37,965 nucleotides of DNA from a virus. Taxonomy: Duplodnaviria; Caudoviricetes. Every line of letters starts with the position of its first letter. The stretch's first letter is position 1. The position numbers and the translations under genes were made by a program. This document shows, piece by piece, positions 1 through 8,709 of the stretch. Location of the stretch: positions 1 through 37,965 of the IMG/VR virus record IMGVR_UViG_3300043120_000047. One strand, 5' to 3'. The notes beneath the pieces are model-generated. The model had not been told where the DNA came from and did not search any database. It was given only the letters and a program-made list of their open reading frames with translations.

Positions 1-30
1 AAGGGATTGCGCACAAAGTGAGTATGAAAG
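1..30 (+). repeat. Terminal direct repeat / circular assembly overlap, left copy
   Basis: aagggattgcgcacaaagtgagtatgaaag identical to 37936-37965. Confidence 0.97.
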
Positions 31-112
31 TTTGAAAGAGGCACTTTATACAAAGAGGTTACAGTTAAAAATAGCACGAGCAGAGGTTGAGGAAGATAGG
101 AGGGGGATGTGA
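1..112 (+). CDS. 3' part of hypothetical protein starting at 37721 (crosses the join)
   Basis: Frame continues ...QSEYESLKEALYTKRLQLKIARAEVEEDRRGM* to TGA 110-112. Confidence 0.85.
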   Translation, partial: RDCAQSEYESLKEALYTKRLQLKIARAEVEEDRRGM

Positions 113-243
113 ACAGAGTAAAAAATCCATGTGAACGCTGCACAGATAGAACCCCGACTTGCCACGCAAAATGTGAATCATACGCAAAGTTTACCGAGTA
201 TAGAAAATGGATCGGTGAGCAAAGGATTAAACAACAATACTAA
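109..243 (+). CDS. Small Cys-rich hypothetical protein (44 aa)
   Basis: GTG after AGGAGG, overlapping upstream stop; NPCERCTDRTPTCHAKCESY; terminator follows. Confidence 0.7.
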   Translation: MNRVKNPCERCTDRTPTCHAKCESYAKFTEYRKWIGEQRIKQQY

Positions 244-249
244 CATACG

Positions 250-270
250 GCACTCGCAAGGGTGCTTTTT
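250..270 (+). terminator. Intrinsic terminator
   Basis: gcactc-gcaa-gggtgc then ttttt. Confidence 0.8.
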
Positions 271-341
271 CACTGCAATAAATTGCATGCAGACATTTGC
301 ACGATATTAAATAAAAAACTTTTGTTTTAGGACATTTATAG

Positions 342-371
342 TTGACATACAAACAAAAAATGGTTTATACT
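342..371 (+). promoter_or_regulatory. sigma-A-type promoter for HTH/replication operon
   Basis: TTGACA (342-347), 18 nt, TATACT (366-371); RBS AGGAGGT downstream. Confidence 0.75.
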
Positions 372-390
372 TGTATTAGGAGGTGAGAAA

Positions 391-582
391 ATGAAAACTA
401 AGAAATTGTTAAAAGCAATGATTGACAAAGATTTAAACAACGTTAAATTGGCAGAATTGACAGGAGTTACAGACAGACAGATCAGAAGAATTATTATTGG
501 CAAGTCAAACGGTTCTTTGAAGTGGTGGAAAAAAGCAGCAGAGGTATTAGGAGTTGATGTTACTGAAATTATAGAGGATTAG
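391..582 (+). CDS. XRE/Cro-like HTH regulator
   Basis: 63 aa; LAELTGVTDRQIRRIIIGKSNGSLKWWKKAAEVLGVDV is an HTH_3 pattern; first gene after promoter. Confidence 0.85.
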   Translation: MKTKKLLKAMIDKDLNNVKLAELTGVTDRQIRRIIIGKSNGSLKWWKKAAEVLGVDVTEIIED

Positions 583-596
583 AAAGGGGAATAATT

Positions 597-1436
597 ATGT
601 TGATAGGAACACCAGTAAAAAGAAAAATTAAAACTGAATTATACCATGATCATTTTCAAAATTTCAAAAGGTATAATATCCCTAAAGCGCAATTAGTAAT
701 TGCAGATATACCGTATAATTTAGGCAAAAACGCTTATGGTTCATCAACTGAATGGTATGTTGGTGGAGAAAACAAAAATGGTGAAAGTGACAAAGCTGGA
801 AAATCGTTTTTTAAAACTGATGAAAAATTTAATCTTGCAGAATATATGCATTTTTGCAGTAAATTGTTGAAACCAGAAGGAAAAGAAAAAGGCAAATCGC
901 CAGCCATGATAGTTTTCTGTAGTTTTGAACAAATGCCAATGGTTATTGAATATGGCAAAAAGCACGGCTTTACAAATAACTATCCAATATTTTTTATCAA
1001 AAATTACTCATCACAAGTGTTGAAAGCTAACATGAAAATAGTCGGTGCTACGGAACATGCGGTAGTTTTATACAGAGATAAATTACCGAAATTCAATAAT
1101 GGCAGAAAAATTGGAGAAGATGGCAAGACGATCAGAGGAACCGGTAAAATGATATTTAACTGGTTTGAATGGAAAAGGGATAATGCAAAAGTATATCCCA
1201 AAATACACCCAACTCAAAAACCTGTTAATGTTTTGAAAACATTGATAGAAATATTTACCGATGAGGGCGATGTTGTAATTGACCCATGTGCTGGTAGTGG
1301 TTCAACGTTGAGGGCGGCAAGAGAATTAAAAAGAAATTCTTACGGGTTTGAAATTGAGAGAAAATTCTATAATGACGCTATAAGCGAAATGTTAAAACCA
1401 GAAGAAGAACAAATGCAATTGGAAATCATAATTTAA
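597..1436 (+). CDS. DNA methyltransferase (N6-A/N4-C, beta class)
   Basis: DIPY catalytic motif, HPTQKP, DPCAGSGST SAM motif, GFEIE. Confidence 0.92.
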   Translation: MLIGTPVKRKIKTELYHDHFQNFKRYNIPKAQLVIADIPYNLGKNAYGSSTEWYVGGENKNGESDKAGKSFFKTDEKFNLAEYMHFCSKLLKPEGKEKGKSPAMIVFCSFEQMPMVIEYGKKHGFTNNYPIFFIKNYSSQVLKANMKIVGATEHAVVLYRDKLPKFNNGRKIGEDGKTIRGTGKMIFNWFEWKRDNAKVYPKIHPTQKPVNVLKTLIEIFTDEGDVVIDPCAGSGSTLRAARELKRNSYGFEIERKFYNDAISEMLKPEEEQMQLEIII

Positions 1437-1451
1437 AGAAAAGGGGTTGAA

Positions 1452-2240
1452 ATGAAATACACGATACTCGGATTCCAACAGGAAAAACTAATAAAAGCCA
1501 ATTTAACAGTTGAGGACGCTTTTTTATTGAGGATGATAAAGGACATGTATTCATCGGCTAGTATGGAATTTTTAGAACACGAACAATCAAAATATATGTG
1601 GATAAATTATTCGTATTTGTTAGAACAACTTCCGATAATGGGTAGTAAAAGAAATATAATGAGAAAGATTGAACGATATGGAAACGAGTTGTATATATTG
1701 AGATTGCTTAAACATAGCAGACGAGGAAATAAAGGTAATTTTTCTTATATATGTCCAACAATTAAACTTGACGAACTACAGGATTTTGACCTTATGACAG
1801 AATCGCATAAGGGTTATGACAAAATTGACATAAGGGTTATGACAGAATCGCACAACAAAGATTCTTCTATAAGAGATACTTCTATAAAAGATAATAAAGA
1901 CATATTGTCTGACATTGAAGAAATCAGATCAAACTACAAAGGCACAAAGACAAAAGCGGAAGCATACAAGAAGTTACCCAAGTTAATCAAGCTTTATAGC
2001 AAAGAAGAACTAATACAAGCCATCACTAACTATAACAAACACGTAGAGAAAGAACGCAACAACGGATTTAAAGATTTAAAGTATATGAATGAGTCGACTT
2101 TTTGGAATGGTAGGTATATGGATTACCTAGATGAAAACTTTGAAAAAGAGGTGAATAACAATGGACAAGATTTCGAAGAAATCCTTTCCCGAAATGAAAA
2201 CAGAACCTACACATACGAGGAAGGTGACGACATCATTTGA
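1452..2240 (+). CDS. Replication initiator / replisome organizer (lambda O-like)
   Basis: Internal iterons; C-terminal KYMNESTFWNGRYMDYLDE motif; overlaps DnaC-like gene. Confidence 0.8.
   Translation: MKYTILGFQQEKLIKANLTVEDAFLLRMIKDMYSSASMEFLEHEQSKYMWINYSYLLEQLPIMGSKRNIMRKIERYGNELYILRLLKHSRRGNKGNFSYICPTIKLDELQDFDLMTESHKGYDKIDIRVMTESHNKDSSIRDTSIKDNKDILSDIEEIRSNYKGTKTKAEAYKKLPKLIKLYSKEELIQAITNYNKHVEKERNNGFKDLKYMNESTFWNGRYMDYLDENFEKEVNNNGQDFEEILSRNENRTYTYEEGDDII
1791..1893 (+). repeat. Iterons / putative lytic origin inside initiator gene
   Basis: Three units TTATGACA(G/A)AAT..CA(T/C)AA at 1792, 1814, 1837, then two CTTCTATAARAGATA at 1864 and 1879. Confidence 0.8.
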
Positions 2241-2937
2241 TTGTAAATTATGTAAAGACACTGGATGGATATTGAATGATGATGGTTATGCAGAAAAATG
2301 TGAATGCGTAGCAATGAATATATCTAGGAATATTGTTGAACTTGCAGGAATCAATCACGAGGACAAAGCAAAGACTTTTAAAAACTTTGAGAAATCTCAA
2401 ATAGAAAACATAAACAACGCTAAAGCGAATGCTATTGAGTATGTGAAGAAGTTTAAAACAATATGCAATGATAGACACAATTCTATATGCTTGCTTGGTA
2501 AAATTGAGTCAGGAGAGAAAAAAGGCGTAGGAACCGGAAAGACTCATTTAGGTATAGCTATAACAAACAACCTGCTTCATAAAGGAATCGCGGTTAGATA
2601 TTTTAGTTATCGTGAAGAAATAACCAAAATCAAACAAACAATTACAGACCACGAGGTTTATCAAAGAGAATTAAACAAATGGAAGAATTGCAAAGTATTA
2701 TTTGTAGATGACATGTTTAAGGGCCGTATAACAGATTCAGACATTAATATAATGTTTGAGATAATAAACCACAGATATCTTAATAGGTTGCCTATGATCA
2801 TCACAAGTGAACTAGATATAGACTCTATGAACAATATCGACCAAGCAATAACATCAAGGCTTTATGAAATGTCTAGGGGATTTTTTAATATAATGGGCGG
2901 AAAGAACGCAAACTATAGATATCAATCGGATAAATAG
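2161..2937 (+). CDS. DnaC/IstB-like AAA+ helicase loader
   Basis: CKLCKDTG...CEC Zn motif, GTGKTHL Walker A, VLFVDD Walker B, IITS. Confidence 0.92.
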   Translation: MDKISKKSFPEMKTEPTHTRKVTTSFDCKLCKDTGWILNDDGYAEKCECVAMNISRNIVELAGINHEDKAKTFKNFEKSQIENINNAKANAIEYVKKFKTICNDRHNSICLLGKIESGEKKGVGTGKTHLGIAITNNLLHKGIAVRYFSYREEITKIKQTITDHEVYQRELNKWKNCKVLFVDDMFKGRITDSDINIMFEIINHRYLNRLPMIITSELDIDSMNNIDQAITSRLYEMSRGFFNIMGGKNANYRYQSDK

Positions 2938-2946
2938 GAGGTAAAC

Positions 2947-3231
2947 ATGAACGGATTATATTTGAGTAAAAAAAGAATGGACATTTTAAAAACTATAAAA
3001 CCTATATGTGAATTATTTGGTATAGAAGAATATGATTATATTGTGAAAGAGAGTGGACAACTTGAAACTCTTGTTTTAGATGGAACACCGATTGGCTGTA
3101 GTGGTAATTCAACAATCGCTGTTGTTGATGAATTAATAGGATATCTTTTTATTGAAAAATGGTGTAAACATAGATGTTTAGGTGCTTTTGAAAAACAAAG
3201 TACAAATGTTATTACTAGAAATTGGTTGTAA
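2947..3231 (+). CDS. Hypothetical protein
   Basis: AGGAGGT RBS, 94 aa. Confidence 0.75.
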   Translation: MNGLYLSKKRMDILKTIKPICELFGIEEYDYIVKESGQLETLVLDGTPIGCSGNSTIAVVDELIGYLFIEKWCKHRCLGAFEKQSTNVITRNWL

Positions 3232-3243
3232 TAGGAGGTAAAT

Positions 3244-3615
3244 ATGAAACTAAGTGAAGTAATAAAGGCTATTGAGGACGGAAGCAAGAGTAAGTTTGAA
3301 AATGGATTTTTAACATTAAAGCAATGTGAAATAATGCGTTCAATTGAATTAGGTTATTCAAATATAGATTTAGCAATTAATTTTGACGGTTGGAAAGAAG
3401 TAAAACCACCTAGACAATGGAGTGAAAAAGAACTGATGTTGTTTAAGTTGTTGCCAGATTGGGCGAAGTGGATTGGTATAACTGGATTAAAAATAGTGAT
3501 TAAAGAATTTGAAAAAAACACACGATTTGCTGAACTTGATAAAGATACATTTTCGTTTTTATCTATAAAACCAGAAGAAGGTTTAGTATACATGGGTGAT
3601 ATGAAGGGAGATTAA
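3244..3615 (+). CDS. Hypothetical protein
   Basis: AGGAGGT RBS, 123 aa. Confidence 0.75.
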   Translation: MKLSEVIKAIEDGSKSKFENGFLTLKQCEIMRSIELGYSNIDLAINFDGWKEVKPPRQWSEKELMLFKLLPDWAKWIGITGLKIVIKEFEKNTRFAELDKDTFSFLSIKPEEGLVYMGDMKGD

Positions 3616-3618
3616 AAC

Positions 3619-3861
3619 ATGAAACATGAACTTAAAATAGTAATAGGCGATTATGGTCACAAGGCGGGAGATGTTACAGAATATAAATTGTTTGGCGATC
3701 TGACTACCAAAGAAATAAACGCTAGTGTTGGCACGCCTGAACTCTTTAGCAAAGATGACATATTTGTAAAAGACAAATCAAGCGAAGATGTAAACGCATG
3801 GGGTTTTATGCACAGCAGAGAAGTTAAAATCATTGAAAGTGAGGATTCCGATGAAACATGA
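3619..3861 (+). CDS. Hypothetical protein sharing first 7 codons with next gene
   Basis: GGAG RBS; starts MKHELKI. Confidence 0.7.
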   Translation: MKHELKIVIGDYGHKAGDVTEYKLFGDLTTKEINASVGTPELFSKDDIFVKDKSSEDVNAWGFMHSREVKIIESEDSDET

Positions 3862-4102
3862 ACTTAAAATATTACCACAATTCTTTAAGGCAGTAAAAAA
3901 CAGATCAAAAACTTTTGAAATTAGAGTTGATGACAGACCATACGAAGTAGGCGACACAATCCATTTTAATGAGTGGACTGGTACGAAATACACTGGCGAT
4001 GAAGCCGAGGCGAAAATTAATTATCTTCTTAGAGATACAAATTATGTAAAAGAAGGAATGGTAGTTATGGCTATTGAGTTGATTGAAAGCGAGGTTAAAT
4101 AA
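3851..4102 (+). CDS. DUF3850 / ASCH-like protein
   Basis: HELKILPQFFKAV..RSKTFEIRVDDRPYEVGDTIHFNEW; ATG 3851 follows GAGG. Confidence 0.85.
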   Translation: MKHELKILPQFFKAVKNRSKTFEIRVDDRPYEVGDTIHFNEWTGTKYTGDEAEAKINYLLRDTNYVKEGMVVMAIELIESEVK

Positions 4103-4443
4103 TGGACGGAACAACAGCTATTAAAATTGATTACTACGAGGAATTGAAAGCAAAAGCGGATAAATATGACGATGCAAAAATAATTATTGACTTTACAAAC
4201 TCAATTTTGTATTCAAACGAAGAAAAATACAGCATATTGCCAATATTGAGATACAGTGCTTTTGAAAAACTGAGAGAAAAATCAGATAAGTGGGATGAAA
4301 GAGAAAAAGGTGTACTCATAGAATGGGATGGAGGAATGTATTTACCTATATGTAAACATTGTGGTTTTGACTCCGTTCAGTACGAAGAAAAATATTGCTC
4401 GAATTGTGGAATAAAGTTAAATTGGTCAGAAAGTGAGGATTAA
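4102..4443 (+). CDS. Hypothetical protein with C-terminal zinc ribbon
   Basis: CKHCG...YCSNCGIKLNW. Confidence 0.75.
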   Translation: MDGTTAIKIDYYEELKAKADKYDDAKIIIDFTNSILYSNEEKYSILPILRYSAFEKLREKSDKWDEREKGVLIEWDGGMYLPICKHCGFDSVQYEEKYCSNCGIKLNWSESED

Positions 4444-4767
4444 ATGAATAAATACAACAATAAAAAAGTTGTTATTGATGGCATAACGTTTGATTCTAAA
4501 AAAGAAGCTAATAGATACGGCGAATTGTGTATCTTACTAAAAGCAAACATAATTCAATCATTAGAACTACAACCAGTATTTGAAATACAACCCAAATATA
4601 AGCGAGAAGGTAAGACTATACGATCAATAAAGTATATAGCAGACTTTAGATACACTGAAAATGGCAAAACGATTGTAGAGGACGTTAAGGGGTTTAAAAC
4701 AGATATATACAAACTAAAGAAAAAGTTAGTTGAGTACAAATTTGGTGTGGTAATCTGGGAGGTATAA
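4444..4767 (+). CDS. DUF1064-family PD-(D/E)XK nuclease-like protein
   Basis: KYNNKKVVIDGITFDSKKEA...YIADFRY...VEDVKG. Confidence 0.9.
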   Translation: MNKYNNKKVVIDGITFDSKKEANRYGELCILLKANIIQSLELQPVFEIQPKYKREGKTIRSIKYIADFRYTENGKTIVEDVKGFKTDIYKLKKKLVEYKFGVVIWEV

Positions 4768-4768
4768 A

Positions 4769-5050
4769 GTGGAATTTAAAATAAATATAAGGAATCCAAA
4801 TGTTAAAGAGTCACTTTTGAAAATACCTAAAAGAACTTTTGAAAAACCTGTTATAATTGAGTTCTCATTTGAACACAAAACAGATATTGAAAATTCATAT
4901 AAAATTATAAATGAAATAGTTGATTCACTTGTAAAATTAGGGTGGTTAGTAAAAGATGACCGTAACCATGTACTAGGGTATTCGGTAAGATTTAAACATG
5001 ACGATGAATTTGTTGGCAATGGCGTTAAGGTAACTGTTAAGGAATACTAG
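4769..5050 (+). CDS. RusA-like resolvase (divergent)
   Basis: DIEN..K...VDSLVKLGWLVKDD..HV resembles RusA DxDNxxK...DxL..G...DD. Confidence 0.55.
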   Translation: MEFKINIRNPNVKESLLKIPKRTFEKPVIIEFSFEHKTDIENSYKIINEIVDSLVKLGWLVKDDRNHVLGYSVRFKHDDEFVGNGVKVTVKEY

Positions 5051-5059
5051 GAGGGTGTT

Positions 5060-5539
5060 ATGAAAAATAGGTTTTTTAATAAAGATGATTGGGGTACACC
5101 AAAATATTTTTACGATGAATTAAATAAAGAATTTAATTTTGATTTCGATCCGTGTCCGTTGCGTTTTGTAAACGATGGTTTTGATGGACTAAAAATAGAA
5201 TGGGGAAAAAGCAATTTTATAAACCCGCCGTATGACAGAAAACTAAAACCACTTTTCGTCGAAAAAGCTATAAATGAAAGTTTAAAAGGTAAAGTGTGTG
5301 TTATGTTGTTGCCTGTAAGCACATCAACAAAGTTGTTTCACGAAAAAATAAAACCTTTTGCAAAAGAAATAAGATTTTTGAAAGGAAGGGTGCCATTTAT
5401 AGGGATTAATTCAAAAGGCGAGTATGTGAATTGGCATTTTGAAAATTTAAGTGGTTTAAAACCTCCACAAAACGTAAAACATGTTAAAGCAAACGGACAA
5501 CAAGATTTAATGTTGGTTATATTTGATGGAACAAAATAA
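5060..5539 (+). CDS. Phage Dam-type N6-adenine methyltransferase
   Basis: WGTP..FYDELNKEFNFDFDPC, FINPPY, VMLLP, IRFLKGR. Confidence 0.88.
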   Translation: MKNRFFNKDDWGTPKYFYDELNKEFNFDFDPCPLRFVNDGFDGLKIEWGKSNFINPPYDRKLKPLFVEKAINESLKGKVCVMLLPVSTSTKLFHEKIKPFAKEIRFLKGRVPFIGINSKGEYVNWHFENLSGLKPPQNVKHVKANGQQDLMLVIFDGTK

Positions 5540-5549
5540 AGGAGGAGTT

Positions 5550-5816
5550 ATGCAAGAACTTATAGAAATCCTATCCGAAAGAAAAGTAACCCGGGGAGAG
5601 TTGTCCTCTCTCTTGGGTGAATCGGACAGAACATCGAGAAGGTACATAGAGAAACTAAGACAACAAGGTCATATAATAATTAACGATGGAGATGGTTACA
5701 CTATACCAACTAAAAAAGTTGATGTATACGATTTTTTAAAGACATACTACCATCAATCGAAAACAATGGCAAAGACGCTTGAAAAAATGATGAAAAATTA
5801 TAATAAACTTGAATAA
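5550..5816 (+). CDS. Winged-HTH protein
   Basis: TRGELSSLLGESDRTSRRYIEKLRQQGHII; ATG after GGAGGA. Confidence 0.75.
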   Translation: MQELIEILSERKVTRGELSSLLGESDRTSRRYIEKLRQQGHIIINDGDGYTIPTKKVDVYDFLKTYYHQSKTMAKTLEKMMKNYNKLE

Positions 5817-5821
5817 ATGTA

Positions 5822-5850
5822 TTGCACAAGTTAAACAAGTGTGATAGAAT
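5822..5850 (+). promoter_or_regulatory. sigma-A-type promoter with ACAAGT direct repeat
   Basis: TTGCAC-17-TAGAAT with TG extension; ACAAGT at 5826 and 5835. Confidence 0.7.
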
Positions 5851-5872
5851 TATTGTAGAAAGAGGTGATTAA

Positions 5873-6598
5873 ATGAAAAAAGAAAAAATAAAAATTGCTT
5901 GGTTTAGTGCTGGGGTTTCAAGTTTTTTAGCAGCATATTTATCAAAAGACATTGATAAAATAGTTTATATACACATTGACGACCAACACGAAGATACTTT
6001 AAGATTTTTAAAAGATTCAGAAAAATTACTTGGAAAAGAAATTGAAATATTGCAATCAAGGTATAAAAATGTTGACGAAGTAGTAAGACAATTTAAATAT
6101 ATAAATGGTGTAGCGGGGGCAACCTGTACAAAAACACTTAAAAAAAGAGTGAGAAAAGAGTGGGAAAAGCAATTTAAAAATAAAGAGATAACTTACGTTT
6201 GGGGATTTGATTTAACCGAAACAAATAGAGCAGAAAGATTAGTTGAAAGCATGCCAGAGTTTAAACATGAGTTTCCTTTGATTGACGCTCAACTAAAAAA
6301 AGAAGATGTACACGCAATTGCTAATAAATTAGGGTTAAAAAGACCTTACATGTATGATTTAGGGTATAGAAACAACAATTGCATAGGTTGTGTGAAAGGA
6401 GGAATGGGTTACTGGAACAAGATACGAAAAGACTTTCCTGATGTATTTGAAAGTAGAGCAAAACTTGAACGATTAATAGGAGCAAGTTGTTTAAATGGTA
6501 TTTATCTTGATGAATTAGATCCGAATAGAGGAAGATTTGAAGAAGAAATACAAGAAGATTGCAACATAATATGTCAAATACAATATAGTGATTTATAA
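5873..6598 (+). CDS. PAPS-reductase-family (adenine nucleotide alpha hydrolase) protein
   Basis: WFSAGVSS PP-loop variant; YDLGYRNNNCIGCVKGGMGYW; C-terminal CxxxC. Confidence 0.8.
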   Translation: MKKEKIKIAWFSAGVSSFLAAYLSKDIDKIVYIHIDDQHEDTLRFLKDSEKLLGKEIEILQSRYKNVDEVVRQFKYINGVAGATCTKTLKKRVRKEWEKQFKNKEITYVWGFDLTETNRAERLVESMPEFKHEFPLIDAQLKKEDVHAIANKLGLKRPYMYDLGYRNNNCIGCVKGGMGYWNKIRKDFPDVFESRAKLERLIGASCLNGIYLDELDPNRGRFEEEIQEDCNIICQIQYSDL

Positions 6599-6612
6599 AA
6601 AGGGGTGATTAA

Positions 6613-6774
6613 ATGGATCGCAGGAAAACGTATTACATCGACAAAGAACTACAACACTTTATCAAAGTTGAATCAGCAAAAAGAAGAACAACGGAATCAG
6701 CGTTAATTGAATTTTTAATTACTCAATTAAAACTAGAAGTGGAGGGCAAGGACTATGAAAATAACAGAAATTGA
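6613..6774 (+). CDS. Ribbon-helix-helix-like regulator (53 aa)
   Basis: MDRRKTYYIDKELQHFIKVESAKRRTTESALIEFLI; RBS GGGGTG. Confidence 0.7.
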   Translation: MDRRKTYYIDKELQHFIKVESAKRRTTESALIEFLITQLKLEVEGKDYENNRN

Positions 6775-7123
6775 ATTTGGAAAAAGAAAAGTTTATGTGG
6801 ATGAAAATAAAATGGTGTGGAAAGTTGGAGAAAAAGACGTTTGGCGAAACGATTCAACGCAAGAAGATATATGTGAGTGCTATCATTTAAAAGAATTGTT
6901 AAATGTGAACTTTGAAGAACAAGTTGACTGGAGCAAAGTCGAAGTTGACACGCCTATATTGGGCTCTTTTGATAATGTAAAATGGGAACACGCTCATTTT
7001 GAATCGTTTTCAGAAGGCAAAATTTATGCTTATGGAAATGGAAAAACTTCATGGAGTTGCAAAGACAATGATGCATATTTAGCAAAAGGATACTTATACG
7101 CAAAACTCGGTGACGTAAAATGA
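6755..7123 (+). CDS. Hypothetical phage protein
   Basis: VDWSKVEVDTPIL...HF...GKTSWS motif recurrent in Firmicute phages. Confidence 0.75.
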   Translation: MKITEIEFGKRKVYVDENKMVWKVGEKDVWRNDSTQEDICECYHLKELLNVNFEEQVDWSKVEVDTPILGSFDNVKWEHAHFESFSEGKIYAYGNGKTSWSCKDNDAYLAKGYLYAKLGDVK

Positions 7124-7374
7124 AAAAACTCATAATGTTAATCATACTTTTGGTTTTACTTATCGTTTTTACCGCCATGACGCTTGACAGGTTGAACGAA
7201 ACGGCAAAAGAGATACAATCTACCAACGAAAAATTAAAACAGCGTGTAGAGCGCATTACGGACGAATTGACTACATTAGAAATCAAGCTAGACAATTCAG
7301 ATCCGATGGAAATTACAGATAAAATGATTTACGTATGGGATAACAAAGAGTTATTTGAAGGGGTGGGCAAATGA
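7120..7374 (+). CDS. Membrane-anchored coiled-coil protein
   Basis: Hydrophobic N-terminus then heptad-rich segment; ATGA overlap with next gene. Confidence 0.75.
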   Translation: MKKLIMLIILLVLLIVFTAMTLDRLNETAKEIQSTNEKLKQRVERITDELTTLEIKLDNSDPMEITDKMIYVWDNKELFEGVGK

Positions 7375-7592
7375 AAGTTAGATTGAGATATGATTATCTT
7401 ATTGGTGATTTAAGTGACGAGCAAGACCAAAAGCCTTATATATTTGAAAAAGGAAAAGAGTACGAAGTTGTTTATCAATTCGAACACGAAGAATATGGAT
7501 TGGGCGACCATACGGTATATGTCATTATAAATGAACATGGGGAATCAACGTCGTTATCAGTTGAAGTTTGTGATGAGGTGCAAAATGATTAA
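7371..7592 (+). CDS. Hypothetical protein
   Basis: RBS GGGGTGG, coupled start. Confidence 0.7.
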   Translation: MKVRLRYDYLIGDLSDEQDQKPYIFEKGKEYEVVYQFEHEEYGLGDHTVYVIINEHGESTSLSVEVCDEVQND

Positions 7593-7785
7593 AATAGTTG
7601 GAATAAACCCGATAACGCTTGATGTGTATTTATCAGATGGCGAAAAGCTACACGTTAAGGATTTTCACGATACGCCAAAAGTCGGATATGGCGTGGAATC
7701 GTTTGACGATTTCGGTTACAGGTGTATCGCAATAGGTGATGACACGGAATGTGTGTCTTGTGGACTCGATAACATAGGGGTGTGA
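7585..7785 (+). CDS. Hypothetical protein
   Basis: ATG after GAGGTG; MIKIVGINP... Confidence 0.65.
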   Translation: MIKIVGINPITLDVYLSDGEKLHVKDFHDTPKVGYGVESFDDFGYRCIAIGDDTECVSCGLDNIGV

Positions 7786-7787
7786 AT

Positions 7788-8243
7788 ATGAAAGAACAAT
7801 ATATAAAGGTATCTGATTTTTTAAAGTATTGTACGGATTCAGCCAAAGTATCAAGAGGGTTATACCATAAATGTTTAGACCAAGCGGTAAAAGGACCGGC
7901 AGCGAATTTATCGGCAGCAGCATATTTCGACCAGCAAACGATGATGTATGAGTACAACATACCGAACGTGATTCAGAATTTGGAATTGGTTGAGTTAGGT
8001 TTTGATGAATATGACAAAATGCCTGTTGAAGCGATGGATTTTAGCGCCAAAACATATCACTTGTTAAAAAGAAATGGGATTGAAACGGTTGGCGAACTTT
8101 TAGAAAAATATGAGTTTGAATTAATTAAAATAAGAAACATGGGTGGCAGAGGGTTACAAGAGATAAAAACAGCGCTTAAAGAACGCGGGTTATCATTGAA
8201 AGGAAAAACAAACAATGACAAGTATTCAGAAACAAACATTTGA
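7788..8243 (+). CDS. Protein with C-terminal RNA polymerase alpha-CTD domain
   Basis: PVEAMDFSAKTYHLLKRNGIETVGELL...LIKIRNMGGRGLQEIKTALKERGLSLK parallels RpoA CTD. Confidence 0.85.
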   Translation: MKEQYIKVSDFLKYCTDSAKVSRGLYHKCLDQAVKGPAANLSAAAYFDQQTMMYEYNIPNVIQNLELVELGFDEYDKMPVEAMDFSAKTYHLLKRNGIETVGELLEKYEFELIKIRNMGGRGLQEIKTALKERGLSLKGKTNNDKYSETNI

Positions 8244-8709
8244 TACCATGCAGCAATTGAAAATTGATCTAGGAAGAAAACCCGAACCACAAGAAGTAGC
8301 CGATGCGCTCGGTAAAGACCTGAACAATGTTTTGAGAGTTTTGAAAAGACTTGCGCTATACGAAGATAGAGAACTTTTAACAGAATCAGAAACACTTGTA
8401 TACAGAGTCTATAGAAAAGGTTTGACGTTTAATGACTTGTCGGAAATGACTGGACTCACTACAGGAATGGTTAAATTTGTACTCAAACAGTTATCAGCGA
8501 AAGGTGTTATCGAGCGTAAGAAGTATGAAAAAGCAAATCGGGATGAAGCGCCACCGACTTATATATCAATTACAGAAGGTGACTATAAGGGTTGGCGAGG
8601 GTATATCGGTAAAAATGATAAGTGCACAGTGTTTGATTGTTTTGGGAATGAGATTGAAAAATATTTTGAACCCAATGAGTATGAAGTTATTGAAAGGAGA
8701 AAAACGTGA
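8215..8709 (+). CDS. Protein with two HTH-like segments
   Basis: PEPQEVADALGKDLNNVLRVLKRL and TFNDLSEMTGLTTGMVKFVLKQLSAKGVI. Confidence 0.7.
   Translation: MTSIQKQTFDTMQQLKIDLGRKPEPQEVADALGKDLNNVLRVLKRLALYEDRELLTESETLVYRVYRKGLTFNDLSEMTGLTTGMVKFVLKQLSAKGVIERKKYEKANRDEAPPTYISITEGDYKGWRGYIGKNDKCTVFDCFGNEIEKYFEPNEYEVIERRKT

Noticed and set aside
1-30. Ends as biological terminal repeats
   Set aside because: Only 30 nt and inside a continuous ORF; best explained as assembly overlap
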